This document shows, piece by piece, positions 28,774-42,837 of a stretch of DNA of 64,000 nt. The notes below the pieces were generated by a model. That model saw nothing but the letters and a program-made list of their open reading frames with translations. It had not been told where the DNA came from and made no database searches. Position 1 is the first letter of the stretch, and every line of letters begins with the position of its first letter. A program made the translations under genes and the position numbers. The stretch is from assembly GCA_051294375.1 (NCBI GenBank), contig CM119267.1, positions 17,834,992-17,898,991 of the forward strand. The letters are read 5' to 3'. Source of the stretch: Paraspadella gotoi (Eukaryota > Animalia > Chaetognatha).

Positions 28774-28807
<34 letters not shown>

Positions 28808-29017
28808 GAGAGAGAGAGAGAGCGGAGAGAGAGAAGAGATAGAGAAATGGTAAAGCGCAAATGAAGGAAAAACCACGGCAAAAGTCGTTTTTTTCCTACG
28901 GCAAAGTTACGAGATATGAGTACTCGCTGAATTTGTTATTTTATCTATCTTAAGGGAAAAAGGACTTGTTCTTTGTAAGAATTCACTGTCAAAAGAAATA
29001 TATAAGAACCTGAAGAA

Positions 29018-29042
29018 NNNNNNNNNNNNNNNNNNNNNNNNN
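29018..29042. other. 25-N assembly gap (also 30046-30070 and 41725-41749)
   Basis: Three gaps of exactly 25 N, each at a duplication junction. Confidence 0.97.
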
Positions 29043-30045
<1,003 letters not shown>

Positions 30046-30070
30046 NNNNNNNNNNNNNNNNNNNNNNNNN

Positions 30071-30447
30071 ACTTATAAATAAACAACCAACGTCATTTTT
30101 ATCCCAAGCTTCCTTATCATGCTATAATCAAAATGTTACGCTTAATCCACCCAATTAACGATTATCGAATGTATTTCTCCCATTGTTACCATTTGTCCGG
30201 ATGTACTAACTCATTCCCATTACAATTCCCGAATGTAACTGGCCCCTCATTTGGCGACTCGTCTCCCAGACGCGCAGCCGGTGAATCCACGAGTTTTCTA
30301 ATTCGTCACGTAGAAGTTTATGGTGATGTGCATCCGGCGCGAAACGCTATGTGAATGGCTGATTAGGGGAGGCCAACGCTCCTCTCTCTCTCTCCTCTCT
30401 CTCTCATTCTCCTCTCTCTCTCAGTCTCTCTCTCTGCTCTCTGCAGT

Positions 30448-30486
<39 letters not shown>

Positions 30487-31173
30487 CTTCTGTTTGTTTC
30501 TTTTTTTTTTCTATCATGATCAGCGTTCATTTTATAGGCGCCCTATATTCTTTGTTTTATCTTTTATGTTTCGAGTTTTCTGAGTCGCCGTGAACCTCCT
30601 TTTCCGAGAAAATCGCCCTGTCGTCGTCGTCATTCAACGTCGTCGTCGTCGCGTTCGTCGTCGAAGATGACGTGTCTCTTCACGCAAGCAATCGCGCAGG
30701 TTTTTTTTTTGTATTTTTTTATCGCTTTCTCAAAAACCCATATTTTGGGATTTTTTTTTAGACTTTTGTTTTTGACATCTTCATTTCCGTGTCGCAGTTT
30801 TTGAATGAAAAATAATTAAAAAAAGATTAAATAAAATATATCACAGATAAAACAACATATTTCACAGAATCTTTTTGCAACATATAAGTTGAAAAAGTGA
30901 TATTAGAATGTTAAAATACTTTGATCTTACGGAACATGGTGATTATGATTATTTTTCTCAAAGCTAATAAAAATAGCGAAACCGCTTCAAAAACTCGATT
31001 CCTTATCTCGATCCCTTTCAAGGGTTACATTTCCTCAATGTAACATAAATTTTTCGCTACATTTCGCCGGAAAATGGAAGGGATTATCTCCCCGCCTTTC
31101 TTTTCCACACTTTGCCTTCTCTCTGTCTCTGTCCTCTGTCTCTCTCTATATCTCCTGCACTCTCTCTCTCTCC

Positions 31174-31221
<48 letters not shown>

Positions 31222-31406
31222 TTTCACTTTCTTCACTCCTTCGCCCAACTCCCACTTTGCCCCAATCATATCTGGAAAAAATTCTGACGTCCGTCATCGT
31301 CCCGGTTTTGTTTTGACGTTTCCCGCAATTTCTTTCGCCGTGCCATCTGTATTGTTTTTGAGTCATCTGTTTTTTTCGTGACGTTGGTCTGTTGATAAAC
31401 GAGGAA

Positions 31407-31477
<71 letters not shown>

Positions 31478-32035
31478 AAGAGAGTAGAGAGAGAGAGAAG
31501 AGAGGGAGAGAGAGAGAGAGAGGTGAGAGAGAACCAGACCAGAAAAATTTCCTTGGGCCGAAAAAGGCGAGGCGATTCGCTCTGTCGGCGCGGTCGGTCA
31601 CGCGCGCGATGCTTCATTTCCGGTCCTGGAGAACGCCGAGACCGTCGAACTGCGTTCTTTCGATAACCGGCGTCTTTCGAGAAAAGGTCTCGGTGGCGAC
31701 GAAAGAAGCGTCGTTGCCAGACTTGGGGGGGGGGGGTGGCGCCGTCTTTTGCTTCAGCTTTTCGTTAATTGATCCTTCAACGAATGAGCTTGAGTTGATT
31801 CTCTGAAGGAAGGCCGATATGATCTTGGATAAACCCATTTGAATGAAAAGAGAGTCTGGAGTTAAGTAATGAAAAAGGGATAACTCTTAATATAGAGTAT
31901 TATTTTTCTGAGTGAAAGTGTTTGTGTTTCTTGTATCCGGATGGCAACTCTGACTGGAAACCATCCAAGAAAAAATGGCGGCAAAGCTCTCTTCCTCTCT
32001 CTCTCGTGTCGGTCGCTCTCATCTCTGCTTCGTCA

Positions 32036-32069
<34 letters not shown>

Positions 32070-32072
32070 GAG

Positions 32073-32115
<43 letters not shown>

Positions 32116-35100
32116 AATTCTCTCTCTCTCTCTCAATATCTCTTCAATCTGTCTGATTTCGCTAATACTGTCGCAACACCTGTCCTCGGAAATCAAGTTG
32201 GATCAGAGAGAGACGCAAAATAACTGGTTAACTTAGCGAACGGTTTAGAGAAGCGATCGGGGTAACTCCTTCTTGTCTTTGCGATCGCTTTCGGGCCGGA
32301 AGTTTCTTCGATTTGTTCGGGAAACGAGCGACGTTATCGTTTTAACTTTGCACGTAGGCGCGCCGAATAAAAGAGCGCATCCAAAGTGGGCGTTGAAAAA
32401 GCCGGGTCTTTCGGAAGAATCGAGTGATCGGCGCGAAATTTTAATCTTCGACGCCAGTCAGAATGAACGTCATTGGCGGGCGGAGGGAAAAACAGAGCGG
32501 CGCCTGATGCGGCTGGCTGCTGCTGCTGTCGTCGCTGATCCTGCGAGCAGACGAAACGGAACGTGGAACATGAGAAAAGGAGAGATTTTTAAGTGGGGCA
32601 GAGACGAAAGAAAATCTCGGTTTAGACTTTTAATTTTAGCGAAAATAATATTTGAATATTGTTGCTACAAAACGAATTTATTTTCAAATAAAACGGACAA
32701 TGTTTCGGTTGGTAATTTCGAGCTTGATCTGGGTTACAGTTTTGTGAATTTAATTTTTCCACGAATATAATTTTTTAAAATTTCCTATATGTCAGTTATA
32801 AATTTAGCACTATTTATCAATATAGTCGCGTTATGAACGAAAGTAATCCGTCGAAGAAAGAAATTTTTTTTCAATTTTTTTTTAACATTTATTTCTGTTT
32901 CATTGTCAGAAATATTTGGCGGGGAACAAACAAAGACGACGACGACTGACGACGAAGCCTAACAACAACGACGACAAGTTTTTTCCTTTGAAAACATGGA
33001 AATCGATCGTGATCGGTGCGGAAGGTTGGTTTTTTTTCGTCGTCGGCGGGATGGGGAATCATTATCAAACATCGTTGTTTGTCGTCCGTCGTTCTCGCTT
33101 CTTTTTAAACTATTCCGTCGCCATAATTTTAGGCGCATGTTCGATGGGGTTTCCGTCATTGTGGTTGATGTTGTCGGTTCTCCTTCCATCAGCGTTGTCA
33201 ATTATTGTCATGATCGTGGTCATCTCTGTCATTGTGGTCTGCTCGCAGTATCGGTTTTCGCTCTCGGCTCTCGTCTACGTTTCACGATCATCGGACAATA
33301 ATGTCGTGTCGGTCGTCGTCGGTCGTCGTCGTCATTGCCCTTTCGTTTTTCGACAACATTTTATCGTCCGTCGCCGTCATCGTCGTCGTCGTCACTATTC
33401 AACCTCCGGGTTTGGATCTGCATGAGAAAGTAGTAAGAAAATCGAAGTCGGCCATCAGGGGAATTCCCGCCCTTTTTTGACTCTGTCTCTCTCTCTTTTG
33501 CCTCTTGGTTGTCTTCTGTCTCTTGTTTTAGGCGGTCTATGTCTTATTGTCTCCTCATTCTTTTGACATTCATCTTTCTCTCTTACTCTCTCCTCTCTTT
33601 TTCTCTAGTATTCTTTCTCTCTCTCTCTCACCCCTTTTCCTCTCTCTCTCTCTCTTTATCTCTGGTAAGTTTGTTTAAGCTCTCTCTCTTTCTTATCTAA
33701 GAAAATTCCTCTCCGCTCAGACTTTAATCATGGCCGTCTTATTGTCTTCTGCCCGATTTTAATTCCTTTCTTCATCGCCCACGGGCGCGCCAATGCGGTT
33801 TCACCTCCTCTTCCTCAGCAAAACTTTTCAGAGTCCAAAACAAAGGAACAACAGATTCGTTTTAACCTTCGCGAAGTCTCGTTGTCTTCGTTAAGAGGAG
33901 AAAAAAAAGGTCAGAGCAATCATTTGCGTCCGAGGCAAATCGAAATTTGGAAAACGACCGCCATTAAACACGCAGTGATGCTCTCTCTGTCTCTCTCTCT
34001 TCTCTCTTCTCTCTCATTCTCTCTCTCTCCTCTCCTCTCTCTTCTCGCTCTCGTCCTCTCTCTTCTCTCATCTTCTTTAATTTATTAAATGCGTATCATT
34101 ATTTGATGACGTTACCTTGTTCCGTGATTGATTTTGTTATCCTTCTTCGGTTATCTTCAGTTATTCACTTACGAATCTCTCATTCAACTTCAAGACAAAC
34201 AACTGATAAAGAAAAACCTGTGGTCAAAACAGGTGTTACTAAATAACTTTAAAATTATATTTTTTTTCAATTGCTATGCTTCGTGTCCTCCCTTTATTAA
34301 TTTTCTTAAATTTTGATTTCATTAAAATTTCCCCAGTTCAATTCCATCATTGTTTTAAACTTACATCCCTTCGTCATTTCACTTCTTTTAATTTTTTTAA
34401 TTTTTAATTTCCTCGTTTTCAATCAATTTTCTTTTTTTCCTCCATTATTCATTTTCTTTTCATTAACTCAATCCCGCTTCATTTAATCTTCTATCTCCTT
34501 TCACCTTCCTTCCCTTTTCCTCGCTTCTTCCGACTCTCGGAGGAAGCGCTTCCCTCTAGCGGCGGCCAATGACGACAATGTCCTCCGATAACCAGAAACT
34601 CCGGCTTCTTGACTTAATGGAGTTTTCTTTCCTTCTTTTAACGTCATTTAATAAACGACTTCTAGCGGTAGAAGACGCGCGTCGGAGAGCGTAAGCGATA
34701 AACAATTCGTCTCTCTCTCTCCTCTGGTCTCTGTCTCTTTCTCTCTCTCTCCTTCCTCCTCTTCTCTCCCTCTCTTCTCTTCTCTCTCCCTCTCTCTCTC
34801 TTCTCCTCTCTTCTCTCTCTCTCTCTCTCTTCTCTTCTCTCTCTCTCTCACAGCCCCCACTTTGTTGTTTTCCCATAATTGGTATTCTGTAGTTTGTCAA
34901 CGGTGCTTAGGAGTTTGTTATGTTTAATTGTTTTACATGCTTTCTTTTTTTTTCACTATCATTTTTGTTTACTCGTCTTTTTTCCTCATATCCTAAAATC
35001 TTAGTTCTTAAATATTCATAAGGCTTTCGTCATGAAAAAAGCCTTTTCTTTTTTTTTTTTTTTTGCCAGCGCTTCGCCTCTCCATGGTGACAGAGCAACG

Positions 35101-37845
35101 TCGCTACCGATGAACCGCGAAGATAACATCGTCAAATTCTCAGCGTCGTGGGAATTTAAACGTTTACTTTGTTTTTTTTTTAGCGTCGCAGCTGGCGAAA
35201 CTCGGTGATGTAATCTCGCAGGTATGCGACATAACTACCCACGATTTTTCAAATTTCCCTATTGGAATTAGCCTGCCGCTAAAAATTGTTTTTTCTCTTC
35301 GAACGAGATATTTGTTTCTTGCGAAAAAACAAACAGAAGCGGAAAACAATGGTTTGTAGAAAAGATGCTCGACGGTGTTTGTCAAAAACATCACTTTTAG
35401 GCTGAGGTCGTTTGAGCGCGCGCGCGTGAAATGAGAGAGAGAGAGAGAGAGAGGAGAGGAAGAGAGAGAGAGGAGAGAGAGAGAGGAGAGAGTAAGCTTT
35501 TCTATTCGCTCGCATATAGCTGTCTATCAGCTTCAAAAAGTTTTTTTTTAGTTATCACTTGCTAATGATTCATGAAATTGCAAGGATTAATGCAAAGGTT
35601 TACAGAAATATGCTAAGAGCGAAAGAGAGAGAGATATGATTTAAAATTACGAATAAAAAAAAAGAAAAGAATGTCATCGAGCCCGATTTCGGGCAGAACA
35701 GGGAAGAAAGGAGAAGGAAGAGGATGAGGAAGATGTGGCGGGAAAAAAAAGAAGGAGGGAAGAGGATGAGGAATATGGCGGAAAAAAAAGAGAGAAACGA
35801 ATTATGCATTGAATTTTTTCAATCTGAAAGAGTTAATTAAAAAATTACAATGAGAGAAAGATAGTAGAAGGAAGGGGGAAAAAGAATGAAGTCGAGAAAT
35901 GAAAAAGCAAGAACAGTAATCTAAATGTGTTCCCCTAGTGACTGCTTTATACGAAGTATTTCTCTGTGACATGACATACGTGACATAACATAAATTATAT
36001 TAACGGTTTCTTAGCCTGTGTATTTAGACATGCATCTGCAATCGAATTCCGTCTTTTTCGTTTATTTAGTTTTTTAGGATTTCTGAAGGCGGCGCTTGCA
36101 GTTCACTTAGATTTGAGGGTTTTTTCTGGTCTAACAAAAAGAAACAAATTATATGCATTTTTTAACGTAAGTGGAACAGACCGAGGTCCAAAATACCGAC
36201 GCGACCGCCGGAACCGACGCGAGCGGACCGACTAATCGACTTATAGAGTTGCTCCGCGAGTACTCGCGCGCACTAAAAAGAAGAATTAATGAAAAAGAAG
36301 CAGAACCACAACGACGTAATAAAGCGATGAAATGGAGAGAGAAAGAAATAAAATTGAAGTTGAAAAAACAATTTAAGAAAAACAATAAAGAATTAACGTA
36401 AGAAACGAATGAATATTGGGACAACCGAAAAGAGAAACTTTCGAGGTTCAGAATTAGAAAGGGTCAATTGGTCATGGTCCAAGTTGTCATGGATCCGATT
36501 TTGGGATTCGCGAATTGTTTTTTCTCGGCTGCGAGTTTAATGACTTTTTTTAAATTAATTATTTTTATAAAAACTTTATTGTATTTTTCACTTTTTCTCC
36601 ATATACTTCTTTAACGCGACTTTCTCTGTCTAAATCCTTTCAGGTGATCTGTCATTGCAATTTATAAATGCTGTTTTTTTCATTTTCAGTTATGGCTGTA
36701 ATTTTCCTTAGTAGCTCATTCCAAGAGAAATGGGGAAGGGGTCAGAAGACGAAAACAATAATGACGCCTGAAAGAATTACGAGGCTGTTTCAATTAACGA
36801 AGTTGCAGGTCAAACGCTAACTCGCTTCGCCAATCAAAGTCAGCCGAAGTCTCGAGTCATGTTTTGACTCACGTCTCTCGATCTGGTCAGCGCAACCCAA
36901 CCCTTTCCGTCTCGTTTTCCACCCCATTTTTTTGGCTAACGATCGTTAGCGTCGCTTTATTTTTTATAGTAATGTCACTTTTGAAATAGACGAGGACGAT
37001 GGGTAATTTTCCGTATCTTTACGATTATGTTTTTATGATTATGTTTTGCGTTTAAACTTCTTCGTAATCGCTTCAACAATGGAGAGAAATTGTCGAGTGA
37101 AGAGACAGTAAACGACGGGAAAAGTGAGAAAGAAGTTAAGGAATTAAGAAACGAGAATCGTAATTGAAAAGATAAACAAAACGGAACGGTTAATTCCAAT
37201 GTGTTGCGCCGCAGTGATTTTTTTTTCAACGTTTATTTCTTCTTTTGATCACATATAACATGACATGGGACAGATAACTACTAAAACTTTTTTTGCCCGT
37301 GTATTTATGACATGTTGCAAATCAAATTTAGTCTTTATTTTATTATAGTTTAATGAATTCCTGAAAAGGGACAGGAAAAAAGGCGGCGCTAGCAGTCTCT
37401 TAGAATTGAGTTTTTTTTCTGTCTTAACAACTGAGAAATCACTATAGGCAATTTATTGCATTTTTAACGTAGTAGGCAGACGACGGACAGACATACCGAC
37501 CGACCCAGTGAAAAACGGACCGACGGACCGGCAGTCCCCGACGCGAAAAGTGACTTATAGAGTTTGCTCCGCGAGTACTAAGCGGCGCAACTAAAACGAG
37601 CAAAAGGCAAAGCATTTTCGATTTTTGTACGATCGGTCGCGAAAGTAGTCTCGGTTCATTTCTGTTCCCTTCTGGGGGTTTGTGATGTTGGATTTAAAGG
37701 TTGTTTTTTTTGGTTAAGTTTTTTTAGAAATAATTTTTTAAATCTTCAATCGTAACGTCTATTAAGATAAAATAAAAATAGATTCATATTATATTACTTA
37801 CTGATCTGCGGCTTAACAAAAGAATTTAAAGGGATAAATAGATTT
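30071..37845 (-). repeat. Inverted copy of ~10133-17817 (7.7 kb)
   Basis: Both ends match as reverse complement; identical ORF translations in mirror positions; contains inverted HINE copies at ~35905-36279 and ~37178-37596. Confidence 0.95.
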
Positions 37846-39188
37846 TTTTTTTTTTTTTTTTTTTATAGTATTAAGAAGTAAAAACAATAAACTAGTAATA
37901 ACTATTACCTAATGACATATCGAAAATACTACTTTACCACCTTGCTACTTTGTCTCTTTGTTTGACAGCTGAAAAGTTAGAACTCAGATTGTTTTTCTAG
38001 GTATTGTAAACATGATAAGAATCGGTCTAATTTTTAAACTTAACGTCAAATAATCGTATTTATTTCCACTCTTTCCTTTTTGCGATTAACAATTTACATT
38101 AAAAACGGATCGCGGTTCCATTGGAGTCGCTCCGTCTCACCGCGTCACTCCTTCAATGCAAATCGGATGTTTGCGCGTGCGCGCAAATCGCACACAAATT
38201 ACGCGTCGGTTGTACATAAATTACGACGAACGAGATTCGATTCGTCGGCTGATTAAGAATTCTTAGCCTCGATTCGCATACAAATTGTAGCAAAAAAAAA
38301 AAGAGAAAAATAAATTCAAAACGAGGCCCACGATACGATTAATTTAAAAGGGGGAAAAAAAATATGCATGATGCTTGTTCTTTGGAAAAAAATGTTAAGA
38401 TAGAATTTAGCGGTTGACTCTTGACGAGCTAACAATTATAATTTATCATCGTCGAACCGTGAGCGGACTAATCACCGATGACCTGGCTCGACCCCTGACG
38501 GGGCGAGGGTGAACTTTTTTGACCCGGTGGCGATAAAGGCGTCACGAAGAGGAGACTCAATGGTCGTCTTTCGGGGACGAAGTGTTCGAGAGAAGGCTTG
38601 TGACTTGTGATGGTAGAGTGAAGATAAATATTCACAAATATTGACGAGAAACGAAATTTAGAAATCAAAAACGTATGTATTATCAAAATAAACAAGTTCA
38701 GCCCAACGAAGATCACCATTGAACGAAATAATTCGATTCAACTCTCACGCGTTTCTTGTTTATTAACGAAGGAATCGAACAGGAAAAAAAAGTCGCTAAT
38801 TCAGATTCAATTTACCCGACGCATAAAAAAAAAAAAGAAAAAAAAAGAACAGCGCGACGCAATCGATTCTCCTGGCGAGCGAGGAGGAAAACGAAGAAAA
38901 ACAAAACAACAACGGCGATGCGCCAAAGAGTCGGGCCCGGTAGTTTTTATGGCAATCGTCTCGCTCTCCCTCTCTCTCCCCTCTACCGTATGATTGCTAA
39001 CTCGGCCACTGGCCAAGGGTGGGTGAGGGGGAAAAGGGGGNNNNNNNNNNNNNNNNNNNNNNNNNNNNNNNNNNNNNNNNNNNNNNNNNNNNNNNNNNNN
39101 NNNNNNNNNNNNNNNNNNNNNNNNNNNNNNNNNNNNNNNNNNNNNNNNNNNNNNNNNNNNNNNNNNNNNNNNNNNNNNNNNNNNNNNN

Positions 39189-39224
<36 letters not shown>

Positions 39225-40882
39225 CCGACGGCAGCTCCGATACCTCGACGGACTTTATTGGCTTCGCTAACACGTAGAACATAAACCTTTTCGCACAAGG
39301 TGACCGGCGACCCGGGCGGAAGGTTGGGAGGTGGCGAGGGGGTTGGGTGATCCGCGGAAAAAGTGGGATTTGATCGGAGAAGTGAGAAAGGAAAGGAATG
39401 ATAGGGTGGGAAGATAGAATAAGGGTGAAAAGAGTTGTTAATATAAGTGAAAAAAAGGATAACAGAAATTAAAAAGAGGTAAAGAAAGAAGATGAGTGAA
39501 GAAAGGACAATGAAACCGTTAATATTTAAAAATTTGCGTTTAAACGAAACGGCAATGGGAAGTAAGGCAGATAATGTAAAGGGCAGAGTGAAAGGGGGAG
39601 GAGTAAAGACTTAAGAATATGGCGGCGGGAAAAAAAAAAAAGTGAAAAGAGATAAATTTTGGTTTTTGACGTGAGACGGAGAAAAAGGTCGAAGCGAAAA
39701 AGGGTGAGGATTCGCGAATATAATCACGTGGTGGGNNNNNNNNNNNNNNNNNNNNNNNNNNNNNNNNNNNNNNNNNNNNNNNNNNNNNNNNNNNNNNNNN
39801 NNNNNNNNNNNNNNNNNNNNNNNNNNNNNNNNNNNNNNNNNNNNNNNNNNNNNNNNNNNNNNNNNNNNNNNNNNNNNNNNNNNNNNNNNNNNNNNNNNNN
39901 NNNNNNNNNNNNNNNNNNNNNNNNNNNNNNNNNNNNNNNNNNNNNNNNNNNNNNNNNNNNNNNNNNNNNNNNNNNNNNNNNNNNNNNNNNNNNNNNNNNN
40001 NNNNNNNNNNNNNNNNNNNNNNNNNNNNNNNNNNNNNNNNNNNNNNNNNNNNNNNNNNNNNNNNNNNNNNNNNNNNNNNNNNNNNNNNNNNNNNNNNNNN
40101 NNNNNNNNNNNNNNNAGACGCACAGACAAACAAAATGACGAACAGAAAGAAAGGAATACCAGAGAAACAAACTGCAAGAACCTGCAGGAATGACAATAAT
40201 AAACAGAGCGGAAAAAGGTTTATTTCTTTGAGAGAAACAAAATAGGGCGGGCGAAGGAGAAGATTAAAGAGAGGACAAAGGCAAAGGAGAAGGCGAAGGC
40301 GAAAGCGAAGGCGAAGACTAAGGCGAAGACTAAAATTTTGAGAAAGGTGAGGGAAGAGTAAAGGCGACAACGAAGATGAAAGAGAAAACAAAAGCAAGGC
40401 AAAAGAGAAGACGACGAAATAGACGAAAACAAAGGCGAAGAGCAAAGGCGAAGAGCAAAGGCGAAGAGCAAAGGCGAAGAGCAAAGGCGAAGAGCAAAGG
40501 CGAAGAGCAAAGGCGAATAGCAAAGGCGAAGAGCAAAGGCGAAGAGCAAAGGCGAATTCAGCGAAAGAAGCGAAATGAGATTCGACGAAGGATAACGTTT
40601 TTTTTTTCCATTTGATGCCAGTAATAAACTCTGAATCGCCGAACGACCGAGCGACACCGACGCCGCTAAACAATGAGACGTAATATTTATAAAAAAGAGG
40701 AGGAGGAGGAGGAGGAGGAGGAGGAGTATAGCGAGATGGGCGTGGCACCGAGTTTACGGCCCACGAGGTCTCCAGGCGCGAGACGTGTGTTTATTGTGGT
40801 CTACTTATTTTTTAATTTAATGCGTTTGGGTTTTTGATCCACTTTTATTTTGTCTGTTTACTTTGATCCAGTCTTTTTTTTT

Positions 40883-41603
40883 GTAAGATTTCATTTTTTA
40901 AATTTGTTTTATAAAAGTTAGTGAACTATTTTTTATTAATAATTATGAGTAAAAATTAGGTTAAAGTTAAAAAATAAATAATATTTCAAAAAATTTTTAA
41001 TGGATTTGCATTCTGCTGCAAAAAGTTGATATAAGAAAATATAATTTTTATATCGAAAATTAAGTCATTAAGTTGGTCAAAATTCAGAAAAAACTATAAT
41101 TTTAATCCAAAAAATGAAAACTTAAACAAAAATAATAGTTTTTAATATTTAACCTACTTAATGAAATATTTTTAAAATGGATTATACTTTCTTATATCAA
41201 CTTTTTGTAAGGAATTCAAATCCGGTTTTAAATTTTATTTTTTTTTTCACTTTAGCTTATTTTATATATTATTTATTAATAAATATAGCTAACAAAACTG
41301 TTAATTAAATATATAAAATTTGTAAATAAACTTACCAAAAATATTTATATGGTCTTTTTTTTTTTATATTATGTAAGTTAAATATGGCTTTTATAAAATC
41401 TTAATAATTTGAGTTTCATAATACATCTACAATGTTTGTCCATTTTAATAGCACCTTATATGCTGCAAAATCGCCATTTCGACAAAGAAGATGGAGACTA
41501 TACAAAAAAATTGTTATCATCATCGCAATTTCTACGGACTTTATTACACAAAATAGCTATGTACCTCACTTGATTGTTATATTTTCGTTATTTTTCAACG
41601 CCC
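40883..41603. mobile_element. Left-truncated second copy of the Mutator-like element
   Basis: Matches ~42122-42837 including the right TIR and the same right flank (tagGTGGGGG…AACTTCGTCG). Confidence 0.8.
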
Positions 41604-41854
41604 TAGGTGGGGGGGGGAACTTCGTCGTCGGAAATCGTTTTCTTCGTCGATGATGAAACGAGGTCGAACGTGAGCTAGACGAAAGAGGCCCGAATCCGGG
41701 CCGCGGAGGGTACGCCGACCCTGANNNNNNNNNNNNNNNNNNNNNNNNNTTGGTGGGCGGGGCGTGGGAAGTCGTTTCCCGCCAAAAAGTAGCGGGATGG
41801 AGGTGAGGAGCGGGAGATGATTGTGGGCGCAAAAGAGGGAGTAGGGTGGCGAGT

Positions 41855-42837
41855 GAGCGTTGAAAATAACAAAATATAACAAATCAAGTGAGGTACATTG
41901 CATTTTATGTAATGTAGTCTGTAGAATTCGAAGTGGTGATGACCAATTTTTTTGTATAATTTTATATTTCTTGTCGGAAATGACGATTTTTAATGTATAT
42001 AAAATTGTTATAAAATAGCAAAACGCATTATAGGAGTTATGATAAATCAAATTATTAAAATTTTATAAAATTTACTATAAGCCTTTAAAATATAAAAATA
42101 AAGACTTATAAAAATATTTTGGTAAGTTTATTTTTAAATTTTTTTTATAAAAGTTACGTGAAGCTCTTTTTATTAATAATTATGAGTAAAAATTAGGTTA
42201 AAGTTAAAAAATATAATTTCAAAAAAATTTTTAATGGATTTGCATTCTCTTGCAAAAAGTTGATATAAGAAAATATAATTTTTATATCAAAATTAAGTCC
42301 TTAGGTGGTCAAAATTCAGAAAAAACTATAATATTAATCCAAAAAAATGAAAACTTAAACAAAAATAATAGTTTTTAATATTTTTTAACCTACTTAATGA
42401 AATATTTTTTTAAAATGGATTATACTTTCTTATATCAACTTTTTGTAAGGAATTCAAATCCGGTTTTAATTTTTTTTTTTTCACTTTAGCTTATTTTTAT
42501 ATTATTATTTATTAATAAATATAGCTAACAAACTGTTAATAAAATATAAAATTTGTAAATAAACTTACCAAAATATTTTTATATGGGTCTTTTTTTTATA
42601 TTATGTAAGTTAAATATGGCTTTTTATAAATCTTAATAATTTGAGTTTCATAATAACTACCAATGTTTGCTCCATTTTAATAGCACCTTATATGCTGCAA
42701 AATCGCCATTTCCGACAAAGAAGATGGAGACTATACAAAAAAATTGTTATCATCATCGAATTCTACGGACTTTTATTACACAAAATAGCTATGTAGCCTC
42801 ACTTGATTTGTTATATTTTCGTTATTTTTCAACGCCC
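41855..42837. mobile_element. Mutator (MULE)-like non-autonomous foldback element, ~1 kb
   Basis: Ends GAGCGTTGAAAATAACAAAATATAACAAATCAAGTGAGG…CCTCACTTGATTTGTTATATTTTCGTTATTTTTCAACGCCC; imperfect inverted symmetry extends over most of the element; approximate 9-bp TSD TAGGGTGGS; absent at ~24540 and ~63545. Confidence 0.72.

Noticed and set aside
39540-40748. Longest ORF (402 aa) and other X-containing ORFs
   Set aside because: They run through N-gaps and the minisatellite
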